Positions 41,210 to 52,095 of a DNA stretch of 64,000 nt are shown here, in pieces. How positions within the stretch are numbered: position 1 is the stretch's first letter; every line of letters begins with the position of its first letter. The DNA lies in assembly GCF_042231735.1 (NCBI RefSeq), contig NZ_CP102577.1, positions 2,911,281 through 2,975,280 on the forward strand, given 5' to 3'. Below the pieces are notes generated by a model. That model had not been told where the DNA came from. It was given only the letters and a program-made list of their open reading frames with translations, and did no database searches. The stretch is from Corallococcus exercitus. GTDB taxonomy: Bacteria; Myxococcota; Myxococcia; Myxococcales; Myxococcaceae. The translations under genes and the position numbers were made by a program.

Positions 41210-42211
41210 TCAGCGGCCTGCCGGAAGCTCGAGCACCGTCAGGAGCCCTGCCTCCGCGGCCGTCAAACGTGGCGCGGCATTCACCAGCGCGTTCGCGGTG
41301 GCCCGGTCGCCCGCCACTCCCCCCGGGATTTCCAGCACCAGCCTGGGATCCGCGTCGATTTCGATGCGATCCCGTGGGTTGTCCGCCCCTACCGCGATGG
41401 TCAGCTCCAGGCGGACCCGCTCCTGCCCCTCCTCCAAACCCACCACGGACTGGAACATGCCCGCGACGCGGCCTTTCTTCACGACAAATGCGCCGCCGGT
41501 GATCTCCTCCTCGGCGAAGACGGGTGCGACCTCCTCCTCGAAGTCGTCGCAGTCCAGCCCCAGCCCCAGCGCCGCCAGCGCCGCGGACTCCACCAGCCCC
41601 ACGTGGCCCAGCTCCTCGCGGTCCACCAGGTCGAAGAACTCCTCCTCCGTCAGGCCCGCGCCCACCTTGCGCTGCAGGGCTTCACGGCGCGTCCGGGCAT
41701 CCACCACCCGGCTGGCCAGCACCTTGCGCACGGGGCCGCAGACCTGCCCGGCGGTGGCCACCAGCCGGTCCAGGACGAAGCCGGGGTTCACGCCCGTGCC
41801 CACGATGGCGACGCCCGCCTTCTGCGCGGCGCGCTCCAGCTTCTCCGCCAGCTCCGGATACTTCAGGTGCGGGAACGCCAGCTCCTCGCAGGTGCTGGCG
41901 ACGGGCAGGCCCAGCTTCAGCGCGTCCAGCAGCTGATCCATCACCTGGGACAGCCGGGAGCTGGTGGCGTGCAGCACCACCACGCCCTTGCGGCGCCCCA
42001 CGGCGCGCTCCAGCGTGTCCGCGACCTTGAAGCGCGGCCCGGCCTGCCCCAGCACGTCCCCCAGGGGACGTCCCACCAGGGAGGGCTGCGAGTCCACCGC
42101 GCCCATGAGCTCTACTTCGGGGGATGACAGGGCCGCCCTGGCAATCTCCTGCCCGATGAACCCCAGCCCCATCACCACCACCGGCACCGGCCCATCAGGG
42201 GCTCTAGCCAT
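41210..42211 (-). CDS. NAD(P)-binding oxidoreductase, dihydrodipicolinate reductase (DapB)-like family
   Basis: N-terminal Rossmann VPVVVMGLGFIGQEIARA; DapB-like N and C domains. Confidence 0.6.
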   Translation of the reverse strand: MARAPDGPVPVVVMGLGFIGQEIARAALSSPEVELMGAVDSQPSLVGRPLGDVLGQAGPRFKVADTLERAVGRRKGVVVLHATSSRLSQVMDQLLDALKLGLPVASTCEELAFPHLKYPELAEKLERAAQKAGVAIVGTGVNPGFVLDRLVATAGQVCGPVRKVLASRVVDARTRREALQRKVGAGLTEEEFFDLVDREELGHVGLVESAALAALGLGLDCDDFEEEVAPVFAEEEITGGAFVVKKGRVAGMFQSVVGLEEGQERVRLELTIAVGADNPRDRIEIDADPRLVLEIPGGVAGDRATANALVNAAPRLTAAEAGLLTVLELPAGR

Positions 42212-42458
42212 CGGAGATTGCTCCCGAATTCCAAGGGGTTACAGCCATTTACGTCGGGTAGGCGGCCACCATAGAACACGGCTCGACGGGCAGGCAAGCA
42301 GGACGTGGAGTCCGGCGACCTCCTGTTTGAGGGAAACTTCAAGAATTCCGGCAGTTTAGCGGCACTGGAAAGCTTGGGGGGGCCTGTCTGGCCGTCCCCG
42401 GACCGGCTATAAGACTCTGAGAAAAAACGCAGCCCACTCGCTCGGAGCGTATCAGCCC

Positions 42459-43580
42459 ATGGCCCGAATCCTCGTGGTGGACGACGACGTGCTCATCCTC
42501 GCGGCGCTGTCCCGGATCCTCCAGGCGGAGGGTTACGAGGTCGTCATGCACAGCGACCCGGTGGTGGCGGCGCGGGAGCAGGGGTTCGACGTCGTGCTGA
42601 CGGACTTCATGATGCCGTACCTCAACGGCATCGAGCTCCTGTCGGCGCTCCGGGAGAAGAACCCGCGCGCGGTGCGCTTGATGCTGACGGCGGCGGCGGA
42701 CTTCAAGGTCGCGTCGGAGGCGGTGAACCGGGGCGAGGTCTTCCGGCTGCTGGGCAAGCCGTGGGCCTTGAGCGAGCTGACGAGCAGCATCCGGCAGGCC
42801 TTCGAGCACCACCGGCTGGTGGCGGCCAACGAGCGGCTGACGCGCGAGGTGGCGGACAAGAACGCGGAGCTCCTGGCCATCAACATGGACCTGGAGCGCC
42901 GGGTCATCGAGCGCACCACGGGGCTCCTGGACGGGCTCATCAGCGCGCTGGACTACCGGGACACGGAGACGCAGTGGCACTCGCGTCGCGTGTCGCTGTA
43001 CGCGCGGCGGCTGGCGCAGGAGATTGGCCTCAGCGGGCCGGCACTGGACGTGGTGGAACAGGGCGCGCTCTTGCACGACATCGGGAAGATTGGAGTTCGG
43101 GACTCCATCCTGCTCAAGCCCGGCCCCCTCACGCCGGATGAGTGGGTGGAGATGAAGCAGCACCCGGAGTTCGGCTACCGGATGCTGGCGAAGATGCCCT
43201 ACCTGCACGAGGCGGCGCTCATCGTCCTGCAGCACCAGGAGCGCTGGGACGGCAAGGGCTATCCGCTGGGGCTCAAGGGCGAGGAGATCGTCATCGGCGC
43301 GCGCATCTTCTGCCTCGTGGACACGCTGGACGCCATCACCTCCGACCGGCCCTATCGCAAGGGGCGCCCCATGAGCGTGGCGCGCGACGAGGTCCGCCGC
43401 TGCGCGGGGACGCAGTTCGACCCGGCGCTCGCGGAGGCGTTCCTCGGCCTGCCGGAGACGGAGTGGGCCCGCATCCGCCGCGAGGTGGAGGTGATGGAAG
43501 AGGCGGAGAGCCACCGCTGGACGGGCGGCAAGCTCAACGCCCAGGGCGAGCCGATGCCCGCGCGCGCGTCCGGAGCCTGA
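42459..43580 (+). CDS. Response regulator with HD-GYP c-di-GMP phosphodiesterase domain
   Basis: Receiver ILVVDDDVLIL...VLTDFMMPYLNG; HD domain LLHDIGKIGV; HQERWDGKGYP (HD-GYP signature). Confidence 0.85.
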   Translation: MARILVVDDDVLILAALSRILQAEGYEVVMHSDPVVAAREQGFDVVLTDFMMPYLNGIELLSALREKNPRAVRLMLTAAADFKVASEAVNRGEVFRLLGKPWALSELTSSIRQAFEHHRLVAANERLTREVADKNAELLAINMDLERRVIERTTGLLDGLISALDYRDTETQWHSRRVSLYARRLAQEIGLSGPALDVVEQGALLHDIGKIGVRDSILLKPGPLTPDEWVEMKQHPEFGYRMLAKMPYLHEAALIVLQHQERWDGKGYPLGLKGEEIVIGARIFCLVDTLDAITSDRPYRKGRPMSVARDEVRRCAGTQFDPALAEAFLGLPETEWARIRREVEVMEEAESHRWTGGKLNAQGEPMPARASGA

Positions 43581-43595
43581 CGCGCGAGGGGCTTC

Positions 43596-45725
43596 TCAGG
43601 GGGCGCGGGTTCCGACGATGACGTCGTCGATGACCGTGCCCTCCAGCAGCGCATCCACGACGTCCATGCCGCTGACGACTTCGCCGAAGGCCGTGTAGCG
43701 GCCGTCCAGGTGCGGCTGCGGTGAGTGGGTGAAGAAGAACTGGCTGCCGCCGGTGTCCTTGCCCGACAGCGCCATCCCCACCGTGCCCCGTGCATACGGC
43801 CGGCGCGTCATCTCACAGCGGATGGAGTGCCCGGGACCGCCCTCCCCGTCTCCGCGCGGGTCTCCGCCCTGCGCGACGAAGTCCGGCACCACGCGGTGGA
43901 AGGTGATGCCCCGGAAGTAGCCCTGCTTCGCGAGCGCCACCAGGTTGCCGCCCGTGAGCGGCGCGTCCGGATCCAACAGGACGGTGACGTCGCCCTTGCG
44001 CGTGCGCAGCGTGAGCGTCGTCCCGGCGGGCGCGGCCGGCGGACGGTAGGTGTCCGCGGGCAGCTCCACGCGGCCGGAGCGGACGGGGCTGCCGGTGAGC
44101 GTCGTGAGGGACTCGGCCGCGACCCGGCGCACGTTGGCGTGCGGATGGGTCAGCCATTCGCGCAGGCGGGGCTCCGCGGCGCGGCCCTGCAACGCGACGA
44201 GCGCGCCCGCCACCGCCTCCGCCAGGTCCGGCTCCTTGGGGACGCGATCGGCCAGGGCCTCCAAGGCGGGCAGCGCACCGGCGTCCTTCAGCTTGCCGGC
44301 GGTGGCCGCGGCGAGCCCCGCCACCACCGCGTCGCCTCCCCCGATGAGCGCGCGCACGGGCGCCATCGCTTCGGGCACGGGGCGCTCGGAGAGGGCGTCC
44401 AGCGCGGCGCCACGCACGAGGGGACTGGCGTGGTCCAGGTAGGGCACCGCGAACGCCGCGCCGGGCACCGCCGGGCTGGCCTCGCCCGGCTTCGAGGCGG
44501 CGGTGGGCGCGCCCTTGAACAAGGCCACTTCATGGAGTCCGAGGGCGAGCCTTCGGGCTTCGGGCACGCGGCCATAGCCGCACTGGAGCACCTGCTCCAA
44601 CGTGCCCTGCTGCCGGTCCATCGCCGCCGCGAACCGGCAGTCCAGCCAGGCGAGGTCCGCGTGGGCTTCGTCGGAGACGGCGACGCGGTCGGCTTCGGCG
44701 AGGGCACTCCGCAAGCGCGACAGGACCGGCCGGCCGTGGAGCGGAAGTCCCTGCTGCGCCACCGCCAGCAACGCATGGCCCTGCGCCGCCTTCCCCTCCG
44801 CCACCCGCTTCGCCCGGTGCCCCTGGCCTTCCAGGGCGAGGAGCGGATCACAAGGCGCACCGGCCTCGCACTTCGCCGCGAGCTTCGCCAGCGCACGCGC
44901 CGCTTCCGCCGACACGCGGGGCGTGGCGTCCCCCAGCATCATGTTCAGCGCCATCGTGTCCCTGGGACTGCCCAGGTCGCCCAGGCCCTTCACGCAGAGG
45001 GCCATCACATCCGGGTGCGGGTTGGCCAGACAGGAGCGGAGCGTCTCCACGGAGTCCGGCCGCTTCGCCGTCGCCAGGAGGTACGCCCCGGCGAGGTTCA
45101 CCTCGATGCGCTCGCGGGGCTTCAACAGCGCGCGGATGGCATCCAGCGGGACGCTCGCCACCGCCGCGGCTCCCGCCTTGCGCGCCGCCACGCCCAGCGC
45201 CGTCGCCGCGGCCTCGGACCAGGGGCCATTCGCCGGAGTCAGGCGGGCGGTCAGCACCTCCACCGCGCCGGGCGTGGCCAGCTTGCCCAGGGACTCCAGC
45301 AGCGTGATGCGCACCCAGCCGTCGGCTTCGGAGGCCTCCGCGCGCACCAGCGCTCCGGTGAGCGCCGTCCGTGCGTCCTCCGGCAGCGGCTCCCACGACA
45401 GCGCCAGCTCGCCCGCGGCGAAGGCCGCCTCGTCGCGCACGGCCTTGTCCGGCGCCGTCAGGCCCGCGATGACGGCCTCCAGCGTGGCCACGTCCTGGAT
45501 GCGCGCCAGGGCCCGCAGGGCCCGCACGCGCACGGCCACTTCCGGCGCGGAGGTGGCGAGCCGCACCAGCTCACCGCCCCCCAGCGAGCGCCGGTCCTCC
45601 CAGTCCTGGATGCGCGCCATCACCCGCGCGGGCGTCTCTGGCGGCGGAGCGGGCGGCGGCACCGTGTGGGCACAGGCGCTCACGAGGAGGAATCCGGCGG
45701 ACACTGCGGCGGGCAGGCGGGCCAT
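43596..45725 (-). CDS. HEAT-repeat lipoprotein fused to C-terminal cyclophilin-type peptidyl-prolyl isomerase
   Basis: LLVSAC lipobox; multiple HEAT/PBS-lyase-like repeats; cyclophilin motifs FHRVVPDFVAQGGDP, GTVGMALSG, GGSQFFFTH. Confidence 0.8.
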   Translation of the reverse strand: MARLPAAVSAGFLLVSACAHTVPPPAPPPETPARVMARIQDWEDRRSLGGGELVRLATSAPEVAVRVRALRALARIQDVATLEAVIAGLTAPDKAVRDEAAFAAGELALSWEPLPEDARTALTGALVRAEASEADGWVRITLLESLGKLATPGAVEVLTARLTPANGPWSEAAATALGVAARKAGAAAVASVPLDAIRALLKPRERIEVNLAGAYLLATAKRPDSVETLRSCLANPHPDVMALCVKGLGDLGSPRDTMALNMMLGDATPRVSAEAARALAKLAAKCEAGAPCDPLLALEGQGHRAKRVAEGKAAQGHALLAVAQQGLPLHGRPVLSRLRSALAEADRVAVSDEAHADLAWLDCRFAAAMDRQQGTLEQVLQCGYGRVPEARRLALGLHEVALFKGAPTAASKPGEASPAVPGAAFAVPYLDHASPLVRGAALDALSERPVPEAMAPVRALIGGGDAVVAGLAAATAGKLKDAGALPALEALADRVPKEPDLAEAVAGALVALQGRAAEPRLREWLTHPHANVRRVAAESLTTLTGSPVRSGRVELPADTYRPPAAPAGTTLTLRTRKGDVTVLLDPDAPLTGGNLVALAKQGYFRGITFHRVVPDFVAQGGDPRGDGEGGPGHSIRCEMTRRPYARGTVGMALSGKDTGGSQFFFTHSPQPHLDGRYTAFGEVVSGMDVVDALLEGTVIDDVIVGTRAP

Positions 45726-45811
45726 GGCTGCGGGGCTAGGTCAATTCCCCGCGAAAATCCAGGGGTTATGGCGCTGAACAGGTTTGACAGCCGCGCGCCG
45801 GGGCCGGGAAG

Positions 45812-46792
45812 ATGCCGGGCCGTTTCCCCCCTCCCGGAGCACCGGCCCTGAACTGCCCAGGCTGCAATCGCAAGGTCGCGGACGACACCGCCATCTGCCC
45901 CAACTGCGACTACATCATCGACCAGTCCTTCCTTGGGGGAGCCGGGGACGAGGGAGACTCCGGCGATGACGAGAGCACCGGGGTCGGCCCTCCGCCGCGC
46001 TCGCGCCCGCCCGCGGCCCGTGCCGCGCCGGAGCCCCGTGCGCGCCCTGCCCCGGCCCGCGCCAGGACCGGCCCCCGCCCCGCCGCGCCCCCGCCCAGCG
46101 ACGACGCCACCAACGTGCGCAGCATGGAGGACATCGCCCGGGAGAAGGCCCAGCGTGCTCCGTCGCGCGCGGGCAGCGGCGCCGCCAAGGCCGCTCCCGC
46201 ACGGGCCCCGGCCGCCCGCCGCGCACCGGCCCCCGCGCCGGTCGAGGAAGAGGACGACGCCGGCGACGCGGTGGCGGACCCCTGGTCCCGCGAGGCGCGT
46301 GAGCTGGAGGCCACCCGCTCCCCCATCGATGATCCGGAGGTCCTGCTGGATGACGCGCGCTCGTTCCTGCGCGAGCTGGAGGGCGGCGACCGCATCGCGT
46401 TCTGGGGCGCGGCGCTGGTGGTGCTCTCCTGCTTCATCCCGTGGAAGGAGACGGCGGCGGACGGCGACTTCCTGGGCCTCATCAGCCTGGGGTTCATCTC
46501 CTTCCTCTTCGCCATCGCGACCATGGTCTTCGTGGGCCTGCGCGCGCGTCAGGTGATGACCTGGGTGAACCCCATGCTGCCGTGGGGCGCGCAGATGTTC
46601 TGCAGCGTGGTGACCCTCGTGTGGTCGCTGGTGTTCCTGAAGCTCTCCTCGGACACCACCCTCGTGCCGTCGCCGCTCGGCAACTCGGAGATGATGAACT
46701 CGTCGCCCAGCATCGGCTGCTTCCTGGGCATCCTCGGCGGCGTCATCGCGGTGCTGGGCGGCCTGATGGGGCTGAAGCGCCAGCAGGACTAG
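45812..46792 (+). CDS. Zinc-ribbon domain membrane protein
   Basis: N-terminal CPGCNRKV...CPNCDY double zinc ribbon, Pro/Ala-rich linker, 4 C-terminal TM helices. Confidence 0.55.
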   Translation: MPGRFPPPGAPALNCPGCNRKVADDTAICPNCDYIIDQSFLGGAGDEGDSGDDESTGVGPPPRSRPPAARAAPEPRARPAPARARTGPRPAAPPPSDDATNVRSMEDIAREKAQRAPSRAGSGAAKAAPARAPAARRAPAPAPVEEEDDAGDAVADPWSREARELEATRSPIDDPEVLLDDARSFLRELEGGDRIAFWGAALVVLSCFIPWKETAADGDFLGLISLGFISFLFAIATMVFVGLRARQVMTWVNPMLPWGAQMFCSVVTLVWSLVFLKLSSDTTLVPSPLGNSEMMNSSPSIGCFLGILGGVIAVLGGLMGLKRQQD

Positions 46793-46850
46793 GGCCGCGA
46801 GGATTTCGCTGCCTCGCCGGACGGGAGGCGGGCTACCGTCGCCGGCCACC

Positions 46851-47786
46851 ATGTCCGACGCCACGCCCCTCTCCCGCCTCCTCGACGCGCTGGGCTCGGC
46901 CGTCGTGGGCCAGCCCCGCGTGCTGGCCGACCTGGTGACGGCCTTCCTCGCGCGCGGCCACGTGCTGCTGGAGGGCGTGCCCGGCGTCGCCAAGACGCTC
47001 ACCGCGCGCAGCATGGCGGGGGCGCTGGGCCTGTCCTTCTCCCGCGTGCAGTTCACGCCGGACCTGATGCCCGCGGACATCCTGGGCACCAACGTCTTCC
47101 AGCCGCAGTCGCAGACCTTCCGCCTGATGAAGGGCCCCGTCTTCACGGAGGTCCTGGTCGCGGATGAAATCAACCGCACGCCGCCCAAGACGCAGGCCGC
47201 GCTCCTGGAGGCCATGGAGGAGCGGCAGGTCACCATCGACGGCGTCACGCACGCGCTGCCGCCGCACTTCTTCGTCGTCGCCACGCAGAACCCGCTGGAG
47301 CTGGAGGGCACCTATCCCCTCCCCGAGGCCCAGCTGGACCGCTTCCTCATGCGCGTGCGCGTGGGCTACCCGGACGGGGACTCCGAGACGGCGCTGCTCC
47401 GCGCCTTCCACCAGCGCGAGGGCCGGCCGCCCGGCGTGGCCCGCGTGCTGGACGCCGCCACGTTGACGCAGCTGCAGGACCGCGCGGCCCGCGTCGCGTG
47501 CGACGACTCCATCCTCCAGTACGTCGTGCAGCTCGTGCGCGACACCCGCGCCCACCCCCGCGTGCGGCTGGGCGCGAGCCCCCGCGCCGCGCAGGCCCTG
47601 CTCGCGGCGGCCAAGGCGGCGGCGGCGCTGCGGGGCACCGACTTCGTCACCCCGGACGACGTGAAGGCCGTCACGCCTGGCGTGCTCAACCACCGCCTCC
47701 TCCTCAAGGCCGAGGCGGAGGTGGAGGGCGTCACCGCGGACGACGTGCTCAAGCAGATGCTCGAGCGGGTGCGAGTGCCCCGGTGA
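46851..47786 (+). CDS. MoxR-family AAA+ ATPase
   Basis: Walker A GVPGVAKT, Walker [23 protein letters not shown], sensor motifs; 311 aa. Confidence 0.9.
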   Translation: MSDATPLSRLLDALGSAVVGQPRVLADLVTAFLARGHVLLEGVPGVAKTLTARSMAGALGLSFSRVQFTPDLMPADILGTNVFQPQSQTFRLMKGPVFTEVLVADEINRTPPKTQAALLEAMEERQVTIDGVTHALPPHFFVVATQNPLELEGTYPLPEAQLDRFLMRVRVGYPDGDSETALLRAFHQREGRPPGVARVLDAATLTQLQDRAARVACDDSILQYVVQLVRDTRAHPRVRLGASPRAAQALLAAAKAAAALRGTDFVTPDDVKAVTPGVLNHRLLLKAEAEVEGVTADDVLKQMLERVRVPR

Positions 47787-49111
47787 GCCCTGGGCGTCCC
47801 GTCCCCAGCGGCCTCGCCGTGGCGCTGTTCGCCGGAGCGCTCGTGCCCGCCGCGCTCGCGGTGGCGAGCCCCGCCTTCGGGTGGCTGGCGCTCGCGGTGG
47901 ACGTGGCCGTGCTGCTCCTGTGCGCGGTGGACTTCGTGCGCGCGCCGCACGCCCGTGACCTCGAGGCCCACCGCGAGGTGGAGCCCATCCTCTCCTCCGG
48001 CGTGGACAACGCCGTGCGCTGGGAGCTGCGGTCGCGCACGGACCTGCCCGTGCGCGGCGAGCTTCGCGACGAGCCGCCCCTGGACGTGGAGAGCCACGGG
48101 CACCGGCAGCCCTTCTCCCTGGAGGCGGGCGGCGCGGCCACGCGGCTGACGTACCGCGTGCGTCCCCCCGCTCGCGGCGACGCGCGCTTCGGCGACGTGA
48201 ACCTGCGCCTGATGGGCCCCCTGGGCCTGTGCTCGCGGCAGGTGAAGCTGCCCGCGGCCCGGGACGTGAAGGTGTATCCGGACCTGAGCGCCCTGTCGCG
48301 TGAGGCGCTGACGCTGGCGCGCGCGTCGGAGGCCGTGTCCGCGCGCACGCTCCTTCGCAAGTCGGTGGAGGGCCGCGAGTTCGAATCGCTGCGCGAGTAC
48401 CGCCCCGGCGACGACTACCGCCACATCGACTGGAAGTCCTCCGCGCGCCATGGCCGCACGCTGGTGCGCACGTGGCAGCCGGAGCGCAACCAGCCGGTGC
48501 TGCTGCTCCTCGACTGCGGCCGCCACATGGCGGGCCGGGTGCAGGGGCGCAGGAAGCTGGACCACGCGGTGGACGCGGCGCTGCGGCTGGCACGCGTGAG
48601 CCTGGACGCGGGGGACGTGGTGGGCGTGCTCGCGTTCGCCAGCGACGTGCGCGCCTTCCTGCCTCCGCGAAAGGGCGCGGAGCACCTGCGCCTCATCACC
48701 GAGTCCCTCTACCGCGCGGAGGCCGGCCTGGAGGAGAGCGACTACGGCCGCGCGTTCGACTTCGCGTTCGCCCGCCAGACGCGCCGCGCGCTGGTGGTGC
48801 TCTTCACCGACCTGGTGGACCCGGACGCATCCGCCGCGCTCCTCACGCGCACGCTGGCCCTGCGCCCCCGGCACCTGCCCGTCGTCGCGTCGCTGCTGGA
48901 CGAGGACCTGGAGGCCGCCGCCACCGACGTGCCCGGCGACGCCCCTTCCGCCTACGCGCGCCAGGCCGCCTCCCGCATGGAGGCCGAGTACCGCCGCACC
49001 GCCACCACGCTGCGCGACGCGGGGGCGCTGGTGGTGCGCGCACCGGCACGCGGCTTCGGCGCCGCTGCACTCAACGTGTACCTGGACGTGAAGGCGCGCG
49101 GGCGGCTCTGA
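47783..49111 (+). CDS. DUF58 (vWA-like) protein, canonical MoxR partner
   Basis: GTG start overlapping moxR stop (GTGA); two N-terminal TM helices; [26 protein letters not shown]58 signature. Confidence 0.8.
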   Translation: MSPGRPVPSGLAVALFAGALVPAALAVASPAFGWLALAVDVAVLLLCAVDFVRAPHARDLEAHREVEPILSSGVDNAVRWELRSRTDLPVRGELRDEPPLDVESHGHRQPFSLEAGGAATRLTYRVRPPARGDARFGDVNLRLMGPLGLCSRQVKLPAARDVKVYPDLSALSREALTLARASEAVSARTLLRKSVEGREFESLREYRPGDDYRHIDWKSSARHGRTLVRTWQPERNQPVLLLLDCGRHMAGRVQGRRKLDHAVDAALRLARVSLDAGDVVGVLAFASDVRAFLPPRKGAEHLRLITESLYRAEAGLEESDYGRAFDFAFARQTRRALVVLFTDLVDPDASAALLTRTLALRPRHLPVVASLLDEDLEAAATDVPGDAPSAYARQAASRMEAEYRRTATTLRDAGALVVRAPARGFGAAALNVYLDVKARGRL

Positions 49112-49245
49112 GGAGTCCCGTCGCATTCGTCAAGCCCTTTGAGACCTTCCCGCACGCGCGCACGCGCGTGGCGTTTCGCCGAACGCCACGCTTGCCAATC
49201 GCGCGGAGGCCGAGTTTTCGGCCTCGGGGAGGACCCCCTTTACAG

Positions 49246-52074
49246 ATGCCGATCGCTGCCCAGAATGGCGCGCCTCAACTGTTCGCGCGCACGCGCGCAC
49301 GCTCCAAACCGGACGGGAGGCGGGACTTGGCGGAGGTCGCGAGGGGTTTGAAGCTGGAAGTGGAAGCGGACGCCGCGGCCGTCGCGGCCCGGGCCGCGGA
49401 GGAGCTGGTGGAGGCGGGGCTGACGCCCTTCCACGAGCGGCTCCTCGCCGAGGAGCTGCTGGCGCGCAGCGGTGACACGCAGCAGCGGCTGGCCAACGCG
49501 CTGGCCGAAGCGAAGGTGGACCTCAACCCCCACCAGGTCGAAGCGGCGATGTTCGCGCTGGACGCGCTGTCGCGCGGCGGCTGCATGCTCGCGGACGAGG
49601 TGGGCCTGGGGAAGACCATCGAGGCGGGCCTCGTCGTCGCCCAGCTCATGGCCGAGGGCAAGAACCGCATCCTCATCCTGGCCCCGGCGGTGCTGCGCGC
49701 CCAGTGGAACGCGGAGCTGCGCGAGAAGTTCGACCTGGACAGCGTCCTCGTCGACGGCCGCGACGTGAAGAAGCACAACAACTGCTTCGACCAGCCCTTC
49801 CCCGTCATCTGCTCGCACCCGTTCGCGGCGAACAAGTCCGCGCTCGTGTCGGAGATTCCCTGGGACCTGGTCATCATCGACGAGGCCCACCGCCTGCGCA
49901 ACGCGCACCGGGCCAACAACAAGACGGGCCAGGCGCTGCGCGCGTCGCTGGCGGGCCGCCCCAAGCTGCTGCTCACCGCCACCCCGCTCCAGAACGACCT
50001 GATGGAGCTGTTCGGCCTGATGTCGCTCCTGGACGAGCAGATCCTGGGCCCCGAGCACGCCTTCCGCAGCCGCTACCGCGCCGACGAGGGCGGCGGCATG
50101 ACGGAGGCCGCCGCGTGCGAGCTCAAGGAGCGGCTGGCCCCGGTGGTGCAGCGCACGCTGCGCCGGCAGGTGCGCGAATACGTCCGCTACACCAACCGCC
50201 GCAGCATCGTGGAGGACTTCCACCCGTCCCCCCAGGAGCACGACCTCTACGAGAAGGTCAGTGAGTACCTGCAGCGCTCGGAGGCCGCGGCCATCGAGCC
50301 GGGCAAGAAGACGCTCCTGACGCTGTGCTACCGCAAGCTCCTGGCCTCCTCCACGTTCGCCATCGCGCCCACGCTGCGGCGGCTGTCGGAGAACCTGGAG
50401 AAGCGCCTGACGGCCGCGCGGCTGGGGCAGCAGGCCCTGTCGCTCTTCGAGCCGGAAGAGGCCAAGCAGTTCGTGGAGGAAGGCGAGGAGTGGTCCGACG
50501 ACCCCGCCAAGGCCCCCCAGGTCCGCACGCTGGAGCAGGAGGTCTGGGAGCTGCGCCAGTACGCGGACCTCGCGGACTCCATCCGCATCAACGCCAAGGG
50601 TGAGGCGCTCAAGCGCGCCCTGGACCGCACCTTCGCGGTGATGCGCACGCACTCCTGGCCGGAGAAGGCGCTCATCTTCACGGAGTCCAAGCGCACGCAG
50701 CAGTACCTCTTCAACCTGCTGTCGGAGCACGGCTACAAGGACAAGATCTCCCTGCTCTCCGGCGACGCGGGGGGCACGCCCGAGGAGCGCCGGGCGCTGG
50801 TGGAGGAGTTCCGCCACAAGACGCAGATCCTCATCTGCACGGAGGCCGGTGCCGAAGGCCTCAACCTCCAGTTCTGCAACCTGGTGGTGAACTACGACCT
50901 GCCGTGGAACCCGCAGCGCGTGGAGCAGCGCATCGGCCGGTGCCACCGCTACGGCCAGCAGCGCGACGTGCTGGTGGTGAACTTCCTCAACCGGCAGAAC
51001 GCGGCGGACGCGCGCCTGTTCGAGCTGCTGGAGAAGAAGCTCAACCTCTTCGACGGCGTGTTCGGCGCGTCCGACGAAATCCTGGGCGCGCTGGAGAGCG
51101 GCGTCGACTTCGAGCGCCGCGTGCTGGACATCTACCAGTCCTGCCGCGACCCGAAGGACATCAACGTCGCCTTCGACAAGCTGCGCGAGGAGCTGGAGGG
51201 CAGCATCAACCAGCGCATGACGTCGATGCGCTCGGTGGTGCTGGAGCGCTTCGACGGCGACGTGCGCCGCCGGCTGCGCGTGGCGGGAGACGCGGCCAAG
51301 GAGGTGGTGGCCAAGCGCCAGCAGGAGGCGAAGGCGCTCACCGGCTCCGTGCTGGGCAGCCGCACCTCCGGACGGCTCCAGGTGGCCAAGGCCGCCTACG
51401 CGGTGCGCGACCGCACCCAGGACTCCGTCAGCTACCTGCAGCTGGACGCGGCGGGTCTCCCCTCCCGGCTGGCGCGGCTGGCCGGCAGCGAGGGCTGGTG
51501 GTTCGTCTACAAGTTCGAGACCACGGGCCTGAAGCCCGAGGAGAAGCTGGTCCACCTGGTGCTGGTGAAGGACCGGGACGGCGGCTTCCGCGCCCTGCCG
51601 CTGACGGACGGTGTCCACTTCACGAAGCTCGACGCCAAGGAAGAGAAGCGGCGGCAGCCCGCGCCGGTGTCGGTCCAGCTCATGCAAGAGCAGTCGCTCA
51701 TGACCGCCAAGGATGAGCTGATTCGGGCTGCGGAACGGCGCAACGCGTTGGAGCTGGACAAGGCCAAGGAGCGCGCGGACCGCTACGTCGAGGACTGCCT
51801 GATGGAGTCGCGCGAGGTGGTGGAGGCCGCCCGCCAGGCGTGGTTCGACGCGCGCAAGGACGTCTCCGGCATCGAGGACGTCGCGGAACGCGCGAAAGCG
51901 CGGGCGCACTCGGACCGCCTGGAGCGCGACTACCGCCGCAAGCTGGCGTCGCTGCGCAACGAAGAGGAGAAGCGCTACGCGTCCAAGGACCGGCAGCTGG
52001 CGGAGCTGGCCAACAAGGGGCGCGTGACGGAGAAGCGCACCCTCATCGCCTCCGCGTACTTCTGGCTGTCCTGA
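49246..52074 (+). CDS. SNF2-family helicase (RapA/HepA-like) with ~350-aa C-terminal coiled-coil-rich extension
   Basis: Motif I LADEVGLGKTIEAG, motif II DEAHRLRN, motif III LTATPLQN, helicase C (NYDLPWNPQRVEQRIGRCHRYGQ); first 258 codons of ORF 48472..52074 rejected as they overlap DUF58 gene. Confidence 0.85.
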   Translation: MPIAAQNGAPQLFARTRARSKPDGRRDLAEVARGLKLEVEADAAAVAARAAEELVEAGLTPFHERLLAEELLARSGDTQQRLANALAEAKVDLNPHQVEAAMFALDALSRGGCMLADEVGLGKTIEAGLVVAQLMAEGKNRILILAPAVLRAQWNAELREKFDLDSVLVDGRDVKKHNNCFDQPFPVICSHPFAANKSALVSEIPWDLVIIDEAHRLRNAHRANNKTGQALRASLAGRPKLLLTATPLQNDLMELFGLMSLLDEQILGPEHAFRSRYRADEGGGMTEAAACELKERLAPVVQRTLRRQVREYVRYTNRRSIVEDFHPSPQEHDLYEKVSEYLQRSEAAAIEPGKKTLLTLCYRKLLASSTFAIAPTLRRLSENLEKRLTAARLGQQALSLFEPEEAKQFVEEGEEWSDDPAKAPQVRTLEQEVWELRQYADLADSIRINAKGEALKRALDRTFAVMRTHSWPEKALIFTESKRTQQYLFNLLSEHGYKDKISLLSGDAGGTPEERRALVEEFRHKTQILICTEAGAEGLNLQFCNLVVNYDLPWNPQRVEQRIGRCHRYGQQRDVLVVNFLNRQNAADARLFELLEKKLNLFDGVFGASDEILGALESGVDFERRVLDIYQSCRDPKDINVAFDKLREELEGSINQRMTSMRSVVLERFDGDVRRRLRVAGDAAKEVVAKRQQEAKALTGSVLGSRTSGRLQVAKAAYAVRDRTQDSVSYLQLDAAGLPSRLARLAGSEGWWFVYKFETTGLKPEEKLVHLVLVKDRDGGFRALPLTDGVHFTKLDAKEEKRRQPAPVSVQLMQEQSLMTAKDELIRAAERRNALELDKAKERADRYVEDCLMESREVVEAARQAWFDARKDVSGIEDVAERAKARAHSDRLERDYRRKLASLRNEEEKRYASKDRQLAELANKGRVTEKRTLIASAYFWLS

Positions 52075-52095
52075 AGCCCCCGGCCGCGGGCCCCG

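Noticed and set aside
42355-42380. Sigma-54-like promoter element GGCAC-N6-GCTTG upstream of the HD-GYP regulator gene
   Set aside because: GG/GC spacing is off by one from the -24/-12 consensus and TTGC is not matched; weak evidence
48472-49245. 258-codon N-terminal extension of the SNF2 ORF
   Set aside because: Overlaps the DUF58 gene; Arg/Gly/Pro-rich nonsense; first convincing residues start at MPIAAQNG
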